From contig CAVYRO010000008.1 in NCBI GenBank assembly GCA_963771005.1, positions 197,029 to 261,028 of the forward strand: a stretch of 64,000 bases of DNA. Reading direction: 5' to 3'. This stretch comes from an uncultured Bacteroidales bacterium (GTDB taxonomy: Bacteria > Bacteroidota > Bacteroidia > Bacteroidales > GCA-2748055). Below the pieces are notes generated by a model. That model did no database searches. It was given only the letters and a program-made list of their open reading frames with translations, and was not told the DNA's origin. Both the position numbers and the translations under genes were made by a program. This document shows positions 19,801 through 26,265 of this stretch, piece by piece; positions within the stretch are counted from its first letter, which is position 1; each line of letters begins with the position of its first letter.

Positions 19801-20143
19801 CATTTTCATCACTTGTTTCAATTTCAGTTTTCAGGTTTGCCTGAAATTGTTTTTTTGTTCTTTGATGCGATTCAAAATCAATCATTCCGATTTGCTCGTG
19901 ATATTGCAAAATATCATAAGAATCTCTGTCAACGCTTAAACCAACAAGTATTCTGACTTTTTCAACAGGTTCAAGTGATTCATACAATTGATAAAAACCA
20001 CTTGCCCTGAAATAACCAACAAGTACATCAAAAAGTTGAGTGTCTTTTAGTGTTGCTTTAAATCGATTTAATAAACTACTTCCATTTTCATTTGTGAAAA
20101 ATGTCAAGTCAGTTTGGTCAATATTATTTGTCTTCTTATCCAT
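16860..20143 (-). CDS. Phospholipase-D-like nuclease domain fused to SNF2-family helicase; heavily fragmented (8 or more frame breaks)
   Basis: 19763-20143 and 19126-19821 give the PLD region ([18 protein letters not shown]) and helicase motif I ([10 protein letters not shown]). 18620-19042 gives [11 protein letters not shown]. 17407-17886 gives helicase-C motifs ([31 protein letters not shown]). Short fragments continue to a stop at 16860. Confidence 0.7.
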
Positions 20144-20156
20144 TAAATTCAGTTAT

Positions 20157-20438
20157 TTACTCGATTGATTTAATTGTTTCTTGTAAACCAATCTTCAAAT
20201 ATTCCAACTCGCCCAGTTCTGTTAAAATCATTGATTTGATAAATTCAATTTGAATTTCCTTTTCCGGTTTGTCAAGTGTATCGGATAGGATTGGAATCAT
20301 TTCGGTCGTTGCACGTCTTTCATTGCGTTCAATCTTGCTTAACAATGAAGTATCAATGTCAAGTGCAGCAGCAACTTTTCTAAGGGGTAATTCTTTGTCT
20401 TCTCTTGCTTTCCGTAAGTATTCACCAAATGATTTCAT
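20157..20438 (-). CDS. XRE-family helix-turn-helix transcriptional regulator
   Basis: 93-aa ORF. FGEYLRKAREDKELPLRKVAAALDIDTSLLSKIERNERR is a canonical HTH_3-type segment. It is the first gene of the 9.1-kb cassette. Confidence 0.8.
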   Translation of the reverse strand: MKSFGEYLRKAREDKELPLRKVAAALDIDTSLLSKIERNERRATTEMIPILSDTLDKPEKEIQIEFIKSMILTELGELEYLKIGLQETIKSIE

Positions 20439-20603
20439 CTTGTCAATTTATTTTAGACGATTCTGTCCAAAAATACATCTTTTTTATTTTGTTTTTCCAT
20501 CAGCGGGTCGGAAAAGATTAAGCTCTTTTGGTTTTTTTAGGGTTGGCATTTTGTGTCGGCAAAAAACCAAATGTGCTTAATGTGCGTGGGGCTTTTTCAG
20601 TAT

Positions 20604-20741
20604 GCCGCACAACGTTTGACAATATGGCAAGTGGCGGTTTGCGGAGCGCGTCTGTATCCACCGTTGAAAAAGTTTGAAGCGGGCTACAATGCCCGAATTT
20701 ACTACTATCCCCGCCATTTGCTATATTGTGTGTTAGGGGGC
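20604..20741 (-). repeat. attC-like recombination site 9
   Basis: GCCGCACAAC (20604-20613), GTTTG, ACAATATGGCAAGTGGCGG ... CCGCCATTTGCTATATTGT, GT, GTTAGGGGGC (20732-20741). Confidence 0.8.
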
Positions 20742-20748
20742 GTTAATA

Positions 20749-21250
20749 TTATATTGTTGTCATTCTAAAATCTTTCCATCTTATGATTTCGGAATATGGA
20801 AATTCATTCTTTATGTGTTTTTTATATTTTGTCCTTGCTAACAGAAAAATTATTTGATTATCATCAATTTCAATATTTCTCTTGGCAATCTTATTTCTCA
20901 ATTTTGGAATATTAGAAATTAAATAATTCAAATTATTTTCATTTACTCCATTTTTTGAATTTCTATCTCTGATTTTTAATGGCTCATCGATTATATCAAT
21001 TAAGAAAATCCCCTTATCTCTGAAGTTCTATTAAAAACTTTTCATATTCAACCACATCTCTTGGTACGGTGTCAAAATAGTGATAAAAAATCGTTGCTGG
21101 TAAGCTGGTGTTTTCTTCCCTAATTCTGTTTTGAATAGTATCAGGTAAATAAAAATACTTTTTACCAGAAAAAGGAGGTGCTTCTCCAATTAGTAAAGTC
21201 TTAATTTTTAATGGTCTATATTTCTCGGAAATTTTAAAATAGTTTATCAT
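20749..21250 (-). CDS. Hypothetical protein, probably one gene split by a frameshift (track ORFs 21014-21250 and 20749-20931)
   Basis: The two short ORFs are adjacent and co-directional. The open frame of the second extends upstream almost to the stop of the first. No confident motif. Confidence 0.35.
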
Positions 21251-21681
21251 TTCACTATATCATATTGTTCGTAAAGTCCAATATTATCATACAAAGACAA
21301 TTTACCATTATTTTCAATTAAATAATAATCATTGTATCCATCCCCCATTAAGGCTTTGATAATAAATGTTTGTCTCCCAGATTTTGTCTTGGTATCTAAT
21401 TCCCACTTTTTACCAATCTTTAACTTCTCAATCTCCATCTCATTTATGTAGTAAACACCATTTTTTTTAAAAATTACAACCAAAACACCATCACCCTGAC
21501 TCCATTTGCCGAGAATATCAACAGATTTATTCTCTGCTAAAAATTTAATCATTAGTTTATCAGTTTTTGAATTATCAGTACTTGTATTTTTTTTTGTATC
21601 ATCATAATATGGAGCTGTCATTATAATTTCTAAATCAGGGTCAAAATGAGATGTAGCCCAAGCTCCTGAACCAACTTTCAT
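21247..21681 (-). CDS. Hypothetical protein
   Basis: 144-aa ORF with a 4-nt stop/start overlap with the next gene. Confidence 0.45.
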   Translation of the reverse strand: MKVGSGAWATSHFDPDLEIIMTAPYYDDTKKNTSTDNSKTDKLMIKFLAENKSVDILGKWSQGDGVLVVIFKKNGVYYINEMEIEKLKIGKKWELDTKTKSGRQTFIIKALMGDGYNDYYLIENNGKLSLYDNIGLYEQYDIVK

Positions 21682-21720
21682 TCCTGGTAGATAGTAGCAT
21701 ATAAATATCCTTTCATAATC

Positions 21721-22002
21721 CTAATTTAGTTCATTTTTTAGTTTTTTTGCCAATTTTTCAATTGAAGTTTTTTTAAACTCTTTATTTAATCGAACATCTA
21801 TACTTGCTTTAATTGAGGGAATAGATTCTTGTTTTATAATGGAATACTCATCAAAGATTTCATCATAATCAGTTTTATTAATATAATTATCAGATTGTTT
21901 ATCATCTCGATTTAGAACAAACTTCATCATTCCGAAAATGAAAATAACAACAACAATCCCTATTATAATTTCGAATTTTTTATCATTACTTTTTTTGTCC
22001 AT
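21721..22002 (-). CDS. Small membrane-anchored protein
   Basis: 93-aa ORF with a single N-terminal hydrophobic helix (FEIIIGIVVVIFIFGMMKFV). Confidence 0.45.
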   Translation of the reverse strand: MDKKSNDKKFEIIIGIVVVIFIFGMMKFVLNRDDKQSDNYINKTDYDEIFDEYSIIKQESIPSIKASIDVRLNKEFKKTSIEKLAKKLKNELN

Positions 22003-22055
22003 TTTTAATCTTATTTATCAGTTATATTGTCAACTGTCGGTTTGTTTGGTTTAAT

Positions 22056-22190
22056 GCCCCCTAACGGTGGCAATATGCAAAGTTTGGGATTACGGAGCGA
22101 TTCACTATCAAGCTACACGGCACTTGATGCGAGCCACAACCCTTGAATAACCTATTAAACCCCAATTTTGTATATTGCATGTTGTGTGCC
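22056..22190 (-). repeat. attC-like recombination site 10
   Basis: GCCCCCTAAC (22056-22065), GGTG, GCAATATGCAAAGTTTGGG ... CCCCAATTTTGTATATTGC, AT, GTTGTGTGCC (22181-22190). Confidence 0.8.
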
Positions 22191-22198
22191 GTAATTTT

Positions 22199-22534
22199 TT
22201 ATTTTTCTTTATTATTCATCAAATCTTTAGTATCGTTTATATATCTACGCTTCACATAAATCAATATTGACGGTCGAGTAGTACTCTCAGATATAATGCT
22301 GTTGTCATATCTAACTATTTCAACCTTATCAATCCAATCAGGATTAATCATTTTTAAAGTCAATGAATCAATTAGTAATTTATCCTTTTTTAAAACTAAT
22401 ACAAATTGGGCATTTTTATAATTAATATCCTTGCTTATGAAGGTTGAGCTACTTTTTGTTGTATCATTTTGAGCATGCAAGTTACTGCTGAAAAATATCA
22501 ACGAAGCAAATAAAAGTCTATATATTTTAATCAT
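22199..22534 (-). CDS. Small exported protein
   Basis: 111-aa ORF with signal-like N-terminus MIKIYRLLFASLIFFSSNLHAQ. Confidence 0.5.
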   Translation of the reverse strand: MIKIYRLLFASLIFFSSNLHAQNDTTKSSSTFISKDINYKNAQFVLVLKKDKLLIDSLTLKMINPDWIDKVEIVRYDNSIISESTTRPSILIYVKRRYINDTKDLMNNKEK

Positions 22535-22540
22535 GACAAA

Positions 22541-22939
22541 TCATTTTAATAAAAAATCAAATGTATCCTTTGTTACACTCTTAGTATACTGTCGGCTTTT
22601 GCCTTCTTTATCAATAAATCCAACAACTACAAAATCCTTAAATATCAAAAATCTAAAATCTTTACCAATTATTATCATATCAGATGGAGCATATGAAGCT
22701 GGTGAACTTTGCCAATCATCAGAGTTGTCAGTAAACCATTTTTTTAATTGGCTGTATTTGATCGAATTACAATCAATAATCCGATCTGTCGAATCACTTT
22801 TTAAAAAATATCCATCAGAATTAAATTTAAGTGTCAATCGCTGGTTGTTTTTAATTAATTCTGCAGTTTCAATCTTTACATTACATGAATTTAAAACAAT
22901 CAAAGAAATAAAACATATTATTATAGTAAATTGCTTCAT
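22541..22939 (-). CDS. Small lipoprotein
   Basis: Start taken at ATG 22939-22937 (MKQFTIIICFISLIVLNSCN, with a lipobox). The longer track ORF start lies inside the attC-like site. Confidence 0.5.
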   Translation of the reverse strand: MKQFTIIICFISLIVLNSCNVKIETAELIKNNQRLTLKFNSDGYFLKSDSTDRIIDCNSIKYSQLKKWFTDNSDDWQSSPASYAPSDMIIIGKDFRFLIFKDFVVVGFIDKEGKSRQYTKSVTKDTFDFLLK

Positions 22940-22957
22940 AAGTGCGGTTTTTATTAT

Positions 22958-23093
22958 GGCACACAACGTTTGATGGTATGGTGTCGTGCGGGATTACGAA
23001 GCGATTTCCTATCAGTTTACACCGACTTTTTTTACGAGCCACAAACGCTCGAAAACCTCTGAAACCCGCATGCACTATACCATGTGTTGGCGT
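22958..23093 (-). repeat. attC-like recombination site 11
   Basis: GGCACACAAC (22958-22967), GTTTG, ATGGTATGGTGTCGTGCGGG ... CCCGCATGCACTATACCAT, GT, GTTGGCGT (23086-23093). Confidence 0.8.
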
Positions 23094-23205
23094 TTCGTGC
23101 TTTGTTCCTGTCAGTCCGTGGGTTGGCAAGGCAAGCTCTTTGGCTGGTTTTGGAAGTGCATTGGCATATGAGACCAGACAATGTGCTTGACTTTTGTTGG
23201 ATGAA

Positions 23206-23575
23206 TCAATTAATATACATGAAAGATTGAGGAGGTGTCGCATTATAGTGTTCCTTTATACATAAAGCTTCATCATAAACCCTAGTCTCTTTAATTTTAA
23301 TGGCGTATCCTTTTTCTCTGCTTTTAAAATAGTTAAAGAAATACTTCTTATCGATTCCTGCAAATTCCTTAGTGGCATTCCATAAATCTGTTGGTTCTCC
23401 ACTTAATATTGATTCTATATCAAATTCTCCAATTACCTTCTGAACCTGAAGAAGAATATACAACCACTGTTTTAATATTGGGATTTTTAAATAATGACCT
23501 TCTGAATTCATATTTTTTTATCCCTGCGAATATTTTATCTGCAAATTCTGGTTTAATCGATAATAATACTTTCAT
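23206..23575 (-). CDS. ASCH-domain (PUA-like) protein, one frameshift
   Basis: Manual translation from ATG 23575-23573 gives MKVLLSIKPEFADKIFAGIKKYEFRRSLFKNPNIKTVVVYSSS. The track ORF then continues ...VQKVIGEFDIESILSGEPTDLW...GYAIKIKETRVYDE...PPQSFMY. The pattern is typical of small ASCH proteins. Confidence 0.6.
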
Positions 23576-23601
23576 CACTCTTTGTCTCCGTTATTATAGT
23601 T

Positions 23602-25067
23602 TTAAACTGTTCCTTCGTAATTTTCACGAATCCTCTTGGTGCTGATTCTGTAATCTTTAATAATCCCTAATTTAATTAATTGTTCAAGATTAATTCTTTT
23701 CGGAAATGAATAATTATAGAAAAAATTAACAATAAACGGTCTATTACGGGGATTAAAATTCCACCATTTTTTAAGCTCATCATTTGTAAAAATACTTCTC
23801 TTCCTACATTTTAAAATAAAATCGTTTTCGTCTTTTATGTCTGTGATTATGTTTTCAACAGTACCAATCGTCGAAATTACACTTTTATATTTACCACCTG
23901 TACGATAAAATATAATCAAATCTCCGGTTTTTAAGCCCTTTTCCCACGAGCGTGAAATGTATGCCTTCCTGATTGCATTTCTATGAAGCTCATTTTCGAC
24001 AAAATCCATTGGAGATTCTGTTGTTAAAATGGAGTCTGGTAATAATTCTGTATGATAATCGGGCCAAATTGGGCATAGGAAAATATTAGTATTACAAGAG
24101 ATATAAGGATATGTTAATTTTGGGTCAATTATATTGAATGCAGGTGAAAAATCCCTTGTGAGGACAATTTCTTCGCCACAACTTGATTTTTTCAGTTCCA
24201 TGTTCGGCAAACCCCCAAGTTTTAAGCATTTCAATTAATCTCTTCTGCTCTTCACGTTTATCAAATATAGTTACATAAATTTCATTGACTTTATTTACAA
24301 CTGCATTATCAAATATTATTTTTAAAAACCTTTCGCCTAATCGAACCCCATTACTCTCAACTTTAAATGTTCCAATTTTAAGTCTCTTTTTGGGTGTAAA
24401 GACAGGTGTAATATCCGAATAATTTTCATCTGTATTTTCAACTTTCACATATAGAAAAGAAAGAACATTTTCTTGGTTTTCTGTAATATATGCGGTTTCT
24501 TCAGATTTTTTATTAAACCAATTATCGAAACCAGGGTAATCCTCTCTGAAACTATCAAAAAAAGTATCTTTTAAGTTTACATTGCCAAATAATTTTTTTG
24601 ATACGCTCAGTACTTTATAATCAACTAAATGAGGATTTTCAGAAACAACTTTTTCTAAAAATGAATTGATGTTAAATACTTTCTCTGAAATGCCAAGCCT
24701 TTCGGCTTTTTTATGTATTTTTTTATCTTCTGTTACAAGTATGTCAGTTCGTCCACAAAATACTTCATTAAGAAGTTGTGTGTCATTTTTATCATTTTCA
24801 TTGTTATCCATCTCCTCCGATACATTTTTAACAGAATCGTCAAGTGGAGCAGTGGTTTGTAATTCGTTATAGCTTTTGAGTTTAATCTTTAAAGTCTCCA
24901 CGGCAGGTTTGTTGGAATTTTTATTTATTTCTTGATATAGTAATCGGATGTATACATTTTGTGTACTTAGCCTTATCCAACCATTTAAAAAGTATACCAA
25001 TATCTCGATTAACAACAGTACTTGTCTCACGGTGAATTATAATATTTGTATCAAGAAGTGCTTTCAT
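23602..25067 (-). CDS. Multidomain protein: N-terminal PIN-like segment, GNAT-like acetyltransferase segment, C-terminal PUA/ASCH-like segment; at least 2 frameshifts
   Basis: Manual translation from ATG 25067-25065 gives MKALLDTNIIIHRE... and later ILVTEDKKIHKKAERLG (PIN-like). The middle region has LKIGTFKV...GVRLGERFLKIIFDNAV...EIYVTIF (GNAT-like). The C-terminal ORF 23602-24234 has KTGDLIIFYRTGG...ISTIGTVENI (PUA-like). All domain calls come from motif resemblance only. Confidence 0.45.
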
Positions 25068-25256
25068 AGATTACGCTTAAATAATTTGTAAGGTATAAAA
25101 TCTTTGTTCAGCGCGTAAGGAAAAAATAGCTCTTTTACCAACAGAAGAAATTGCAAGTGGGTCAGGGTTGGTAAATGTGCTATTTGTGCGCAGGGTTTTC
25201 ATAGCTTTTATTTTATCGAATTACGAAATTTTCCTTCGGAGCCGCTGACAGCATGA

Positions 25257-25386
25257 ACGCTAACGGTCACCGGTAAGTTTCGTTGCCAGGGTTGTTGTGC
25301 TTGTTAAAATCATTAATTATCGTTAATCCGAATTTACGAATTCGGAGCGAACCTGGCAATGAAATTTACCGGATGTTGTGTGGCGT
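25257..25386 (-). repeat. attC-like recombination site 12 (first attC after the attI-like site)
   Basis: ACGCTAAC (25257-25264), GGTCA, CCGGTAAGTTTCGTTGCCAGG ... CCTGGCAATGAAATTTACCGG, AT, GTTGTGTGGCGT (25375-25386). Confidence 0.8.
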
Positions 25387-25393
25387 GCTATTT

Positions 25394-25687
25394 TTAAAAT
25401 ATCCTTTTTATGTTTTTCCGGCTAATATGGAGATAAACAATGGATACTTTAAAATCTACGATATTGTAAAAAATGGTGGTTTGCTTACTTAGAACAGCTT
25501 TTCGGAGGTGGGGATTATAGGTCGAGACAGGAAACATATAAGGATTCTGAATAATCAGTCCAAGCTGTTTATTTAATTTGTGCTTAAAACGATCAATCTC
25601 CTTCTGGGTCGATCGACTTGATAAATAATCTAGAATTTCTTCCAGATTTTTCAGGGATTCATCTGACCAATGAAGTTTATAATCCAT
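25394..25687 (-). CDS. RelE/ParE-family type II toxin
   Basis: 97-aa ORF whose start overlaps the end of a small upstream antitoxin-like ORF. The sequence style (MDYKLHWSDESLKNLEEILDYL...) matches plasmid-stabilisation toxins of Bacteroidota. Confidence 0.65.
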   Translation of the reverse strand: MDYKLHWSDESLKNLEEILDYLSSRSTQKEIDRFKHKLNKQLGLIIQNPYMFPVSTYNPHLRKAVLSKQTTIFYNIVDFKVSIVYLHISRKNIKRIF

Positions 25688-25904
25688 ATTTTTTCTTCAC
25701 TACTTCATGAGGTGTGGTTCTCCCTTGTTTAATGTCCTGTATCCCTCTTTCTATACTTGCCCGCTCATCATCGGAGAGATCATCCCACCAATCATGGCCC
25801 GAAGACCAGGAATCTTTAATAAGTTTTAAATACTCAATAGTCTCTTTATCTTCCAGTTTGGCAAGCCATTCTATCAACTCTAATTTTATTGTTTCCTGTT
25901 CCAT
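25677..25904 (-). CDS. Putative antitoxin of the RelE/ParE pair
   Basis: Start taken at ATG 25904-25902 (MEQETIKLELIEWLAKLEDKETIEYLKLIK...). About 75 aa, overlapping the toxin start by 11 nt. The longer track ORF begins inside the attI-like region. Confidence 0.55.
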   Translation of the reverse strand: MEQETIKLELIEWLAKLEDKETIEYLKLIKDSWSSGHDWWDDLSDDERASIERGIQDIKQGRTTPHEVVKKKYGL

Positions 25905-25966
25905 CACCTTTTTTTTCAAAGTTATGAAATTTTTGGTACTTTTTAATCGATAGGTGCTCTTTGCAT

Positions 25967-26030
25967 GACACACAACGTTTTTATATACGCAATATTACGA
26001 TATATAGATGTATATCGTAATATTGCGTAT
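25967..26030 (-). other. attI-like primary recombination site
   Basis: ACACACAAC (25967-25975), GTTTT, then a perfect 21-bp inverted repeat TATACGCAATATTACGATATA (25983-26003) / TATATCGTAATATTGCGTATA (26010-26030) around TAGATG. It has only one AAC/GTT box, no second box on the recombinase side, and is the last site before the recombinase gene. Confidence 0.6.
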
Positions 26031-26265
26031 AATATCTCCTGTCTGAAACTTTTAAAATTTTTCTGAACTACACGATGATCCTGTTTCCCTTTCCTTGTCC
26101 ACCCCCCCAGTGCTTTTCCTGTTTTTTGATTTATATGTCACTGTAAAACACTATCTTAAGGAAACCCGGTCGAATAAATCCTAAATGCTTCTTTCATTAC
26201 AGGTCCACTTAAAGCTAAAGGAAAAATTCCGAATTTCCAACCTTTGGCCGGAATTTCCTCCAACC

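Noticed and set aside
20468-20475. A Bacteroidota -7 promoter box (TATTTTTG on the minus strand) 29 nt upstream of the HTH regulator start.
   Set aside because: I found no accompanying -33 TTTG at the expected spacing, and such octamers are frequent in AT-rich DNA. It was therefore not reported as a feature.
11507-20603. Naming the large cassette a DISARM system.
   Set aside because: Only PLD, SNF2 and adenine-methylase-like parts are present. The core DrmA helicase and DrmB (DUF1998) are absent, and an unrelated ABC ATPase is present.
834-25386. Interpreting the 130-bp palindromes as REP/BIME-like intergenic repeats or rho-independent terminators.
   Set aside because: Three observations argue against it. 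The flank complementarity between consecutive sites is specific to each cassette. One unit is duplicated exactly from box to box. The G:T mismatch pattern is strand-biased. Neither terminators nor REP elements are expected to show these features. No T-tracts follow the stems.
834-26030. A CRISPR array, given the regularly recurring repeats.
   Set aside because: The repeats are about 130 bp, imperfectly palindromic and diverse in sequence. They are separated by 0.2-9 kb of protein-coding DNA, and no cas genes are present.
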